Below, piece after piece: positions 1 to 7,532 of a stretch of 40,433 nucleotides of DNA. The position numbers and the translations under genes were made by a program. The notes beneath the pieces were generated by a model. That model had not been told where the DNA came from and ran no database searches. It saw nothing but the letters and a program-made list of their open reading frames with translations. Where the stretch lies: the UHGV virus genome UHGV-0010553. One strand, written 5' to 3'. Source of the stretch: a virus. Within the stretch, counting starts at the first letter, position 1; each line of letters begins with the position of its first letter.

Positions 1-234
1 GACCTTAGCGTTGCCATAGACCTTAGCGTCGTCATAGACCCAAGCGTCGCCACAGACCTTAGCGTTGCCATAGACCTCGGCGTTGCCATAGACCTCGGCG
101 TCGCCATAGACCTCGGCGTTGCCATAGACCTTAGCGTTGCCATAGACCTTAGCGTTGCCATAGACCTCGGCGTCGCCATAGACCTTAGCGTTGCCATAGA
201 CCTTAGCGTTGCCATAGACCCAAGCGTCGCCAGA
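1..234. repeat. 13 tandem copies of an 18-bp unit (consensus gaccttagcgttgccata). They are coding, giving hexapeptide repeats on the minus strand. The same array is present at 40245..40433.
   Basis: Direct reading: 18-nt periodicity with point variants (ctcggcgtc, ccaagcgtcgccaca). Bases 1-54 are identical to 40380-40433. Confidence 0.9.
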
Positions 235-378
235 GAGATTGGATTCTTTCTCAATATATCCACCTAAATTGCCCTTAGACACTCTTCGCGATTCGATGTC
301 GCAAGTTGCCTCGATTCTAAATAGCCTGCGCCCTAAAAATTCTATTGATAAATCTTCTCTTAATTTAAAATTACTCAT
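1..378 (-). CDS. Hexapeptide-repeat (beta-helix-like) protein, N-terminal part. Start codon at 376-378 (AGGAGG RBS, TAATG overlap with the upstream stop). It runs off the window start and continues, if the molecule is circular, into 40433..40002.
   Basis: Minus-strand translation gives MSNFKLREDLSIEFLGRRLFRIEATCDIESRRVSKGNLGGYIEKESNLSGDAWVYGNAKVYGNAKVYGDAEV... The repeats are V-Y-G-[ND]-A-[KEW], encoded by the 18-bp tandem repeat. The ORF-track frame MATLRS is the wrong frame. Confidence 0.55.
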   Translation of the reverse strand, partial: MSNFKLREDLSIEFLGRRLFRIEATCDIESRRVSKGNLGGYIEKESNLSGDAWVYGNAKVYGNAKVYGDAEVYGNAKVYGNAKVYGNAEVYGDAEVYGNAEVYGNAKVCGDAWVYDDAKVYGNAKV

Positions 379-734
379 TATTCCTCCTCGTGTCTGTAAA
401 CACCATCAACTATTTTGTATTTTCTTTTTTTGAGTTCTTTGAATTTTCTTTGAACGCAGTCCAGAAGAAAAAAATATTCGAAAACAGAATCTTTTATATT
501 TTCAAGAAACGACTCCAATTTTTGAAGTCCGAGATTTATATCAAATCTCATCAAACCAACAATAGCGATAAATACATCGGCTTCTTCCTCTAAAAAACGT
601 CCCAAATCTCCATCGCTTGCCGTTTCTGAAAATTCTGAAAGTTCTTCTTCTACTTTCTTCCATTGCATTTCCAAAGTGTTTTCAGGAAGTGCTGTGATAT
701 TCCATTCTATGATTTCTTGATATAAATTTTTCAT
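378..734 (-). CDS. MazG-like nucleoside triphosphate pyrophosphohydrolase (putative). The ORF extends to 770, but an AGGAGG RBS favours the start at 734 (MKNLYQ).
   Basis: Motifs WKKVEEELSEFSE and EEEADVFIAIVGLM resemble the MazG EExxE / EExxD helices. TAAGGAGG lies 6 nt upstream of the ATG at 734. Confidence 0.45.
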   Translation of the reverse strand: MKNLYQEIIEWNITALPENTLEMQWKKVEEELSEFSETASDGDLGRFLEEEADVFIAIVGLMRFDINLGLQKLESFLENIKDSVFEYFFLLDCVQRKFKELKKRKYKIVDGVYRHEEE

Positions 735-755
735 TTTGTCCTCCTTACGAATCCA

Positions 756-784
756 ATAATACTTTACCAAATATATATTGTCAA
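756..784 (-). promoter_or_regulatory. Sigma-70-like early promoter, TTGACA-N17-TATTAT, reading leftwards into the MazG-like gene. One of four related copies.
   Basis: Minus strand reads TTGACAatatatatttggtaaagTATTAT, followed by an AGGAGG RBS. Confidence 0.5.
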
Positions 785-787
785 CAA

Positions 788-1084
788 TTATTTTAAATAT
801 TTTTTCAAGGTCTTTATATCGGCGTATTTACTAAGATCCGGGTGATTTCCATTAGCAAAGATTCTGTTGCTTACTTCCATTATTCTATCAGCAGAAACTC
901 CAGCATATTCGCAGACGATTCTTAAATCCGATTCGTGTGCTCCACACAGATATTCAATAGCCCGCTCCTTGTCTAGTTTAGAATTTTTGCTTTGGCTGCG
1001 CAGAAACAAAGCATCTTGAACCGCTCTACATAAAACGGCTCTATATAAGTTTTGAACAGCTCGTCCTTGAATTTCAGTTGTCAT
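788..1084 (-). CDS. Hypothetical protein (98 aa)
   Basis: ORF with an AGGAGG RBS, immediately downstream of the methyltransferase stop. Confidence 0.5.
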   Translation of the reverse strand: MTTEIQGRAVQNLYRAVLCRAVQDALFLRSQSKNSKLDKERAIEYLCGAHESDLRIVCEYAGVSADRIMEVSNRIFANGNHPDLSKYADIKTLKKYLK

Positions 1085-1094
1085 AGTTTCCTCC

Positions 1095-1769
1095 TTAAAA
1101 TAATGTTAATTGTTTTTTACAGTCTTCAAGTCTTTCAATACTAAAGTTAAACCACTTTTCGCTCTTTTCAACGGCTATGCATTCTCTCTTTAGCTTATGG
1201 CAAGCCACCATAACCGTTCCACTTCCGCTAAAGCAATCTAAAACCGTGTCGCCCTCATTGGTTAGGTTTACAATGATTCTCTCAATGTCTTTTAGATTCT
1301 TCTCGTTTGGGTGAGCTGTTTCTTTTTCGTTTCCGGTTATAAAATAGGGAACCTTGTCCGCATACCGTTTTGAGCATTCGATTCTTCTATCGGTTAAGTG
1401 CATAAGATATTCATTGCTTAGCCAAGTGTTATTTGTCATCGGCATTGGATTCTTCTTGCACAAGGGCAAAACAAAGTAGTTATAGCCTTTTTTCTCCGCA
1501 TATTGCAGGAACGGCAAAATATCTCTTTTGCCGCCAAACTGACAAACATTAGGATAAACACACTTTGAAACGAGTAAATCTAAAAAGTCCTCTGTGAACC
1601 AATTAGCATCGAGGCTTGTCCATTCTGCCATTTCCTTGTAAATTTCACGCTTTCCGGCTAATCCCCGACCGTGCGCCTCTTGTCTATACGGAGGGTCGTT
1701 TAATACAAGGTTTACAGAATGGTCAGGAATATCTTTTAAAACCTCTAGACAATTTCCGTTAATGATCAT
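1095..1769 (-). CDS. DNA methyltransferase, N6-adenine/N4-cytosine type, beta class (DPPY before FSGSG)
   Basis: VNLVLNDPPY, then ...LDCFSGSGTVMVA near the C-terminus. The C-terminus KKQLTLF is shared with the paralogue at 38639..39346. Confidence 0.85.
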   Translation of the reverse strand: MIINGNCLEVLKDIPDHSVNLVLNDPPYRQEAHGRGLAGKREIYKEMAEWTSLDANWFTEDFLDLLVSKCVYPNVCQFGGKRDILPFLQYAEKKGYNYFVLPLCKKNPMPMTNNTWLSNEYLMHLTDRRIECSKRYADKVPYFITGNEKETAHPNEKNLKDIERIIVNLTNEGDTVLDCFSGSGTVMVACHKLKRECIAVEKSEKWFNFSIERLEDCKKQLTLF

Positions 1770-3010
1770 TTTCTTTCCTCTTCAAACTTATAATTAGCCC
1801 CGTCAAAGAGTAAATCCACACGTCCAATCCAGCCACGCCGATTTTTTGAAACGATGAATTGAGCTCTACCTTTAACTCGTTCCATTTCTATTTCCCAATC
1901 AATATGTTGTTTTGAGTCCTTGTTGTCTGGTTCTTTATCCTTCAGGTGATATTCAGGGCGATAAATGAAGGCCACCTTGTCAGCGTCTTGCTCAATACTT
2001 CCTGAATCTCTTAAATCAGCCATATTAGGGGCTTTCAAATCTCGTCCCTCTAATGCTCTGTTTAACTGGCACAAGCAAACAACAGGAATATCAAGCTGCC
2101 TTGCTAACACTTTCAGTCTGGCTGTGATGTAGGATAGTTCCTCGTATCTGCTTTTGAACTTTAAAGAACTTTTGAGAATGCTTAAATGGTCTACAAAGAC
2201 AATCTCGTATTTATTTTGCTTTGCTTTGAAGAATATATCCTCGAGTGTCATACCAGCTTTATCGTATACGTCTAGTTTAAGTCTTTCCTTGATAGCATTG
2301 CTCACCTTGATAATCTTTTCAAAATCCTCAGGCGACATATCGGAATAATCGTTAATCTTGGTTATGGACTTGTTCAGCCGTTCAAACATTTCTATTTTTG
2401 ACATTTCAAGAGAGCAGAATAAAACCTTGTGTCCATCTTTGGCTATGTTATAAGCCATATTCATTGCAAGGGTTGTTTTACCCCCACCCGGTCTTGCTCC
2501 GATAACTATCAACTCTGATTTTCTAAATCCTTCAATCCGAGAATCCAAATAATAAAATCCAGTTTTAAGGTTTCTTGTGTCAGGTTCTTTCCTATACCGT
2601 TTTTCAACGCTTGCAAGATATTCTTGAACGACATCGACATTTTCTTCTTCAAGATACTGGAGAGCTTTAACCGAATCGAGTTCAGCGGACATCTGGTCAA
2701 TATCATCTAACGATAGTATCTCTTTTGCTCGACGTGTTTTATGGGCTTCAAGAATATACATACCATATCCATCAATTACGCTTTTGTTTACGATTTTTAA
2801 TATTTCAGAGATTTTCAAAAGCTCGACAAAATCGATTTTAGTTTTTTTATGCAAAAGTGGGATATTGAAGTTTACAAGCTCAACCATCGCGGAGTAAATC
2901 GTTCTGCATTTTTCATCTTCGAGATATTCAGGTTTTATCTTTCCGACTACTCTGTCAAGAAGCTCAGGTTTTGTAAGTAAGCAGGATATGAAAGCATACT
3001 CTTCAGGCAT
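1766..3010 (-). CDS. DnaB-like replicative helicase
   Basis: Walker A GARPGGGKTTLAMNMA, a DnaB-type N-domain, a RecA-like C-domain, 414 aa. Confidence 0.85.
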   Translation of the reverse strand: MPEEYAFISCLLTKPELLDRVVGKIKPEYLEDEKCRTIYSAMVELVNFNIPLLHKKTKIDFVELLKISEILKIVNKSVIDGYGMYILEAHKTRRAKEILSLDDIDQMSAELDSVKALQYLEEENVDVVQEYLASVEKRYRKEPDTRNLKTGFYYLDSRIEGFRKSELIVIGARPGGGKTTLAMNMAYNIAKDGHKVLFCSLEMSKIEMFERLNKSITKINDYSDMSPEDFEKIIKVSNAIKERLKLDVYDKAGMTLEDIFFKAKQNKYEIVFVDHLSILKSSLKFKSRYEELSYITARLKVLARQLDIPVVCLCQLNRALEGRDLKAPNMADLRDSGSIEQDADKVAFIYRPEYHLKDKEPDNKDSKQHIDWEIEMERVKGRAQFIVSKNRRGWIGRVDLLFDGANYKFEEERK

Positions 3011-3012
3011 CT

Positions 3013-3771
3013 TTAGAAATCCGTTTTAAATGGGTTATCTCTTGTGTATTCAGTGTTGAATCTGTCATCGTTAAGCCAAGCTGCGCAGCCTTTTGCATAT
3101 CCTCTACGAACTTCATCAGAGTATGCGTATTCTTTCACTGCCTCTAGCAGGCGTTCTTCTGTGCAGCGATTCTCTTTTAAGACTCGGCAATAGGATGTGT
3201 ATGCTTTGTCTTTACTCCCTATCCTCTGCTTAGGATAATTTTTCCAAAAAGTTTCAAAGTTTTCAGTAAACTTTCTTTTTTCTTTTATAGTTTCTTTTTT
3301 ATTTATATTATTTATATATATATTATTATCTAATGGTGGTATAATTTTTTGACCACCCCGGTCAAATTTTTTGACCACCGGTAAAGTTGACCGATATTCA
3401 CAAAACAAAACATTATTTATCGTTTTTTCGATTTTCTCAATATAACCTTTTTCACACAATTTGCTTAATAAGGTTAAGGCTGTCTGCTTAGAAACACTCA
3501 ACCACTCGCAGATATATCTTGAACTTCCTGAAAAGGTGCTTTCGCCGTCTTGGCTGAAACCGTAAATCAACGCATAGCACAAAAGCTCGTTGCCTGATAA
3601 GCCTAATTCGGTTACCATCCAACCTTGAACTTGAATAAAATTTTGACTTGAAACCATTTCTGTAACTCTTAAAAGGTGGGATAGAACGGATAACCGTTTT
3701 TTTGCGCGGAAAATAGAACAGTCTAAACTATCCCATATAAAGAGTTTTGTCCTATTTTTTGTTCTGCGCAC
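3013..3771 (-). CDS. Replication initiator / replisome organiser (lambda O- or DnaD-like). The annotated start is GTG; the true start may lie internally at MVSSQ or MVTELG.
   Basis: N-terminal HTH (LSGNELLCYALIYGF...SRYICEWLSVSKQTALTLL). The C-terminus resembles a conserved phage replication C-terminal domain. Iterons lie inside the gene. Confidence 0.6.
   Translation of the reverse strand: MRRTKNRTKLFIWDSLDCSIFRAKKRLSVLSHLLRVTEMVSSQNFIQVQGWMVTELGLSGNELLCYALIYGFSQDGESTFSGSSRYICEWLSVSKQTALTLLSKLCEKGYIEKIEKTINNVLFCEYRSTLPVVKKFDRGGQKIIPPLDNNIYINNINKKETIKEKRKFTENFETFWKNYPKQRIGSKDKAYTSYCRVLKENRCTEERLLEAVKEYAYSDEVRRGYAKGCAAWLNDDRFNTEYTRDNPFKTDF
3290..3400. repeat. Candidate replication origin: an AT-rich tract followed by clustered iteron-like elements (GGTGGT, GACCACC, GGTCAA, TTGACCACC, TTGACC) inside the initiator gene
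   Basis: Plus strand reads ...tttatattatttatatatatattattatctaatGGTGGTataattttttGACCACCccGGTCAAattttttGACCACCGGtaaagtTGACCgat. Confidence 0.5.
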
Positions 3772-3812
3772 TTATGATAATAACATCTAAAATCTTAATA
3801 TCAAGTTAATAT

Positions 3813-3846
3813 TGACAAATTGTTTAATTTGTGGATATATAATTAC
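3813..3846 (+). promoter_or_regulatory. Promoter-like TTGACA-N18-TATATAAT on the plus strand, convergent with the minus-strand early ORFs
   Basis: ttgacaaattgtttaatttgtggatatataat; no plus-strand gene follows for ~750 nt. Confidence 0.35.
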
Positions 3847-3882
3847 ATATCCTCCTTAGGGCTTCTTTCGGGAAGTCCTTTT

Positions 3883-4173
3883 TTATTTTGCGCAGATAGC
3901 TGTTGTTTCCATAACTGCTCTAGAGATGGGGTCGCCGTTAAAAGCACCAACAACAAGATAGCTATAATTTCCACTTTGGAAGATTCCTTTAAGGTCTTCC
4001 CATTGAGAATAAGTAAGTTTCTTATTAAGGCTTCTGGCGACACACTCACACTCGGTTTTCTCTGCTTGGCATACGTGCATTACTTCGAAATAAATCCGAT
4101 TCGCATATCTGTAAATACCATCGGCAAACAAGAAGATACAAAAAGCACCGGCTAAAATTTTCACATATTTCAT
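3883..4173 (-). CDS. Secreted or membrane-anchored hypothetical protein (signal peptide MKYVKILAGAFCIFLFADG)
   Basis: GGGAG RBS before MKYV; hydrophobic N-terminus. Confidence 0.45.
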   Translation of the reverse strand: MKYVKILAGAFCIFLFADGIYRYANRIYFEVMHVCQAEKTECECVARSLNKKLTYSQWEDLKGIFQSGNYSYLVVGAFNGDPISRAVMETTAICAK

Positions 4174-4376
4174 TTTAATAACTCCCATTGTAAAGCGATT
4201 GTTATAAGTTGTTTTAATTCATTTTGAGCTGAAAAGAAAGATTTATCTTTGCTCTTTCTCTGGCTCAAGTAGGCTTGGAGTTCTCCGATTCGGCAATAAT
4301 CCACAGGGCAAGTGTGATATTTTCCATTAAACCAAATATCCCCTTTATTGCACTCCATCTTGTTCGTCTTTATCAT
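4170..4376 (-). CDS. Hypothetical Cys-containing small protein (68 aa)
   Basis: ORF in the minus early operon; start overlaps the upstream small ORF. Confidence 0.4.
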   Translation of the reverse strand: MIKTNKMECNKGDIWFNGKYHTCPVDYCRIGELQAYLSQRKSKDKSFFSAQNELKQLITIALQWELLK

Positions 4377-4485
4377 ATTTTCCCTCCAAGATATTGGAAA
4401 CTAATTTTAAGAATATTTCCGTTGTTCCTGACTTGATAGAAGAAACCATCAAGTCCCAAAGTTCAGCTTTTCTTTCAGTTGTCAT
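4345..4485 (-). CDS. Small hypothetical protein (46 aa, MTTERKAELWDLM...). Not in the ORF track because it is under 60 aa.
   Basis: Strong RBS gaaaggagaaataaaATG; first gene after the divergent promoter region. Confidence 0.35.
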   Translation of the reverse strand: MTTERKAELWDLMVSSIKSGTTEIFLKLVSNILEGKYDKDEQDGVQ

Positions 4486-4612
4486 TTTATTTCTCCTTTC
4501 ATCGTTAGGCTATAAGATAAAATATATATTGTCAACATATATTTTTAATTATTTTTTTACAAACTGAATAAATAAAAATATTTACAAAAATTCAAAAGGT
4601 TGTCTAATATAT
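4486..4612. promoter_or_regulatory. Divergent promoter region. TTGACA (complement of 4530-4535) reads leftwards. Two plus-strand TTTACA-N17/18-TAnnAT candidates read rightwards.
   Basis: tatattgtcaacatatat motif is shared with 770-790 and 35320-35340. Plus strand: TTTACAaactgaataaataaaaaTATTTA and TTTACAaaaattcaaaaggttgtcTAATAT. Confidence 0.45.
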
Positions 4613-4854
4613 TCAGAGGTGCAGATTTGAAACAGCTTGTTTTATTTGATGAAATGTTGCCTGAGGAAATAAAGAAACAAGTAATATCCGAGTTTCCACG
4701 AATAGATGGCGAAGATTATGAAGAGTGGCTTGAAGTGATTCAAGTTGAGTTTCAATATCGAATGAAAGAAGCTCAGAAGAATAAACCCAAGCCGGATTAC
4801 AGCAATCAAAATGTAAAGTTCAAAGACGTGAACCTCAGAGGATTTGCAAAATAA
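4600..4854 (+). CDS. Hypothetical protein. Start uncertain: a TTG at 4598 overlaps the -10 element, and the true start is probably the ATG near 4654.
   Basis: Open frame only; no clear RBS. Confidence 0.3.
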   Translation: MSNIFRGADLKQLVLFDEMLPEEIKKQVISEFPRIDGEDYEEWLEVIQVEFQYRMKEAQKNKPKPDYSNQNVKFKDVNLRGFAK

Positions 4855-4889
4855 AAATATTCTGTTACTCTAAAGGCAAGGAGAATGTT

Positions 4890-5291
4890 ATGGAAAAACT
4901 TTTAAGTATGTTATATGCCCTGCGCTTTGGCGTTTCTGATGTGCATTATTACGTCAAGGGAGATGACTTTTGGGGCGACCATAAATTCGCAGATGATTTA
5001 CGTTCCGATATAATGGAATGGATTGACCAGATAAACGAGGTTTGTTTCCTTGGCAGTCAAAAAGAAACTCCGTATTCAAAAGATATTATAACCGATTCTC
5101 TTCAATATATCCCCGTAAAAACTCAAGATAGCGAACTTCTTTTTAGAAACGTTCGTGATTTAATTTTTGATATTTTATCACACATCGAATCTTTGTTACC
5201 TGACTCTACAGCCGGAGAGGCAAACCTCGTAGGTGGAATCGCTCAAGAGCTTCAACAGAGATACGGCTTACTCTGGAGAAGAACTAGATGA
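4890..5291 (+). CDS. Ferritin/Dps-like four-helix-bundle protein (putative)
   Basis: LLSMLYALRFGVSDVHYYVKGDDFWGDHKFADDL resembles the Dps helix A/B signature (HW.VKG..F..LH..fee). RBS GGCAAGGAG. Confidence 0.35.
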   Translation: MEKLLSMLYALRFGVSDVHYYVKGDDFWGDHKFADDLRSDIMEWIDQINEVCFLGSQKETPYSKDIITDSLQYIPVKTQDSELLFRNVRDLIFDILSHIESLLPDSTAGEANLVGGIAQELQQRYGLLWRRTR

Positions 5292-5713
5292 ATAAAATTT
5301 TCGACTTAGACAAGATATGGGCTTATTGCTGTTCAGCGATAATGGGGTTTCTTATGCCCATCGGGCATTTGTTTCTGTGGCTGCTTATCTTTGTCTTAGT
5401 CGATATGATAACCGGAGTGTTGGCGAGTCTTATGGAGGGAAAACATATGACTAGTCATAAACTCCAGAAGACGGTTACTAAGTTTCTTCTTTACTCGACC
5501 TCTGTATTTCTGCTTGAGGGAATCGACCACTATATGATTACATTTGCTGATTTGGGATTAGCTAAAATGGGCTGCACAATTATATGCGGGATAGAGTTTT
5601 ATTCCAACTTAGAGAACTGTTATCGGATAACCGGTAATAGAGTTTTTAAGGTTTTGACACGTTTCACATTGAAAAAGATTGAAGATACAACAGGTGTGAA
5701 AATAGAGGATTAA
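5288..5713 (+). CDS. Holin, phiLC3 / holin-4 family
   Basis: MNKIFDLDKIWAYCCSAIMGFLMPIG...LVDMITGVLAS...LYSTSVFLLEGID...SNLEN. Transmembrane segments and the conserved DMITG are present. Confidence 0.75.
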   Translation: MNKIFDLDKIWAYCCSAIMGFLMPIGHLFLWLLIFVLVDMITGVLASLMEGKHMTSHKLQKTVTKFLLYSTSVFLLEGIDHYMITFADLGLAKMGCTIICGIEFYSNLENCYRITGNRVFKVLTRFTLKKIEDTTGVKIED

Positions 5714-5768
5714 CAAGTTTGTAGGCCGAGTAATGATAATATGAAAAGCACTTTTAGGGATATTGTTA

Positions 5769-6185
5769 ATGATTGATGTTAGCTTGATAAAAGAATCGGA
5801 GGGGTTTGCAGAACACGCTTATAAATGTCCTGCCGGAAAAATCACAATCGGCTATGGAAGCACCTTTTATCAAGACGGAACTCCTGTAAAAATGGGCGAC
5901 ACAATCACACCAGAAAAGGCAGAGGAACTTCTGCATTGGTATTGCGACACACAGATAAAATATCCCGAGGGATTAAATGACAACCAAAAATCAGCCGTTT
6001 GCAGTCTGGTGTATAACATTGGAGTGGGAGCTTTTGAGCGTTCACAACTTAAAAAAGCCATTGAAGCAAGGAACGAAAAGCGGATCCGTGAAGAATGGAC
6101 TTGGTATAAAGCAAATGGAAAGGTTTTACTTGGACTAGTAAAGAGAAGACAAAAGGAACTTAACTTATTTTTTAAGGAGGACTAA
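5769..6185 (+). CDS. Endolysin, GH24 lysozyme (T4 E / lambda R-like)
   Basis: IKESEGFAEHAYKCPAGKITIGYGST catalytic Glu/Asp/Thr region. Confidence 0.85.
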   Translation: MIDVSLIKESEGFAEHAYKCPAGKITIGYGSTFYQDGTPVKMGDTITPEKAEELLHWYCDTQIKYPEGLNDNQKSAVCSLVYNIGVGAFERSQLKKAIEARNEKRIREEWTWYKANGKVLLGLVKRRQKELNLFFKED

Positions 6186-6187
6186 AA

Positions 6188-6306
6188 ATGTGTTTACCTT
6201 GTTTCGTATTTGGACTTGTTTGTGGTGGATTGGCTTTTGGAGTGTTCTTTTGCCAACATCGCGATAAGAATGGTAGATTTCTTGCTAAACGTTGGTGGCA
6301 ACTATG
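6188..6306 (+). CDS. Small single-TM membrane protein (39 aa), possibly lysis-associated. Not in the ORF track.
   Basis: MCLPCFVFGLVCGGLAFGVFFCQHRDKNGRFLAKRWWQL. Start is 3 nt after the lysozyme stop; ATGA overlap with the next gene. Confidence 0.4.
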
Positions 6307-6543
6307 AACTTTTATAAGCTATACATAGGGGATTATGAACCTAAAGGGGGTATGTGTGCTGCCCCTAAAATGATTCTCCCTAGTGTAAATTGGCACGGAC
6401 TGTTCCGCCAAATATCTGAAGGTTTAGCTTTAGTTAAGTACGGTTTGGATTTGTATATACGTAAACCTAATGGTGAAGTGTTTGCTTGGCATCGTGATTT
6501 GAGTAAATACGAACGCAAGCAGGTTGAGGAGATTCTAAAATGA
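6303..6543 (+). CDS. Hypothetical protein (80 aa)
   Basis: ORF with a translationally coupled start. Confidence 0.4.
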
Positions 6544-7085
6544 TTGCACTTATTTCAAGTTTTTTATGGCGAGTGCGCGGTGGTCTCCGGTTTTGGGGAC
6601 ATAAAGCACCACTAAATAAAATTTGGTACGCTGTTTTTGTTGGCGTTCTTTGCTATTTGAAAGGCAAAGGCGTTGAAATATCTGTTAATGCTGCAATCGC
6701 AACTTATGTAGCTTATCAGCTTAACTCTTGGGGGGCGTACATAGGCAGATTATGTACAGGATTAGCCGTAGACCCCGAAAAAACTCGTGAAAATCCATTA
6801 GTTGATGAAGTTATATTACCGATACATATCACTTTAAAAGGGACGAAATATTATCTATGGCAATACCCTCGTTTGTATGGTTTTGTAGGAACAACCATCA
6901 CTGGATTTATGGTAACTTACCTTATCAGTTTGGGTATGGGGGAATTTTGGTATGGATTCGTTGGGGGCGCTATGGGCCTCTGCTATTGGTTTGGAACTTT
7001 ATTTAACAAGTTAAGGGAAGACGGCAAAAATGGTTGGGGTTATGGTGAATGGATTTTCGGTTTATGGTTAGGAATGTGGCTATGA
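6540..7085 (+). CDS. Multi-pass membrane protein, unknown function
   Basis: Four or five hydrophobic segments (AVFVGVLCYL, VGTTITGFMVTYLISLGMG, GGAMGLCYWFGTLF, IFGLWLGMWL). Confidence 0.5.
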   Translation: MIALISSFLWRVRGGLRFWGHKAPLNKIWYAVFVGVLCYLKGKGVEISVNAAIATYVAYQLNSWGAYIGRLCTGLAVDPEKTRENPLVDEVILPIHITLKGTKYYLWQYPRLYGFVGTTITGFMVTYLISLGMGEFWYGFVGGAMGLCYWFGTLFNKLREDGKNGWGYGEWIFGLWLGMWL

Positions 7086-7360
7086 AATATTTGATAATTA
7101 TAATAGCTCTCCTAGCCGTTTGGTGTGTTTATCAAAACCAAACCATAGAGGATTTGAAAAGCTCAAACGATAGACTAGAATCTGAAAAAGCAGAACTTAA
7201 TTTGATTATTGAAAGGGCTAAAAATGCTGAGGTGGAAGCCAATAAAAGAATTGCAGAGTTGCGAAAGAGTATGCAAGAAGATTTATCTTGTCTTGATTGG
7301 TCTAGGACTCCTGTCTGTGATGGTGTTATTGTCAGGCTGCGTAAAAACAGTATACATTGA
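7082..7360 (+). CDS. i-spanin (Rz-like): N-terminal TM plus a periplasmic coiled coil
   Basis: MKYLIIIIALLAVWCVYQ, then the coiled coil EDLKSSNDRLESEKAELNLIIERAKNAE... Confidence 0.6.
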   Translation: MKYLIIIIALLAVWCVYQNQTIEDLKSSNDRLESEKAELNLIIERAKNAEVEANKRIAELRKSMQEDLSCLDWSRTPVCDGVIVRLRKNSIH

Positions 7361-7442
7361 GCCTGTTAAGCCTGATTGTGCTGAATCTATTGTTACTAAC
7401 GGAGATTTGGTCGAATGCTTAATACGCTATCAAGAGATGTAA
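7209..7442 (+). CDS. o-spanin (Rz1-like lipoprotein). It starts inside the Rz gene in the +1 frame and extends past it.
   Basis: Signal peptide with lipobox LLSGC, then a short Pro-containing mature part, CVKTVYIEPVKPDCAES.... Confidence 0.55.
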   Translation: MKGLKMLRWKPIKELQSCERVCKKIYLVLIGLGLLSVMVLLSGCVKTVYIEPVKPDCAESIVTNGDLVECLIRYQEM

Positions 7443-7444
7443 AA

Positions 7445-7476
7445 CAAGCCCTTGCGAAAAAAACAAGGGCTCAAAA
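7445..7476. terminator. GC hairpin AGCCCTTG-cgaaaaaaa-CAAGGGCT. A U-tract follows on the minus-strand reading. Candidate bidirectional terminator after the lysis cassette.
   Basis: 8-bp perfect stem; the plus strand lacks a T-run, the minus strand has UUUUAC. Confidence 0.35.
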
Positions 7477-7532
7477 AGGACAATCCATTGATTAAGAACA
7501 AGACAATTATACTACAAAGGGATTGATTGTCA

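Noticed and set aside
1-234. Possible CRISPR array suggested by regularly spaced 18-bp repeats at both ends
   Set aside because: The units are contiguous with no spacers. They are coding, carry an open frame and a codon-position variation pattern, and are shorter than CRISPR repeats.
239-433. Plus-strand ORF MDSFSIYPPK... (64 aa)
   Set aside because: It overlaps the well-supported minus-strand start region (AGGAGG RBS, TAATG coupling) of the repeat gene and the end of the MazG-like gene.
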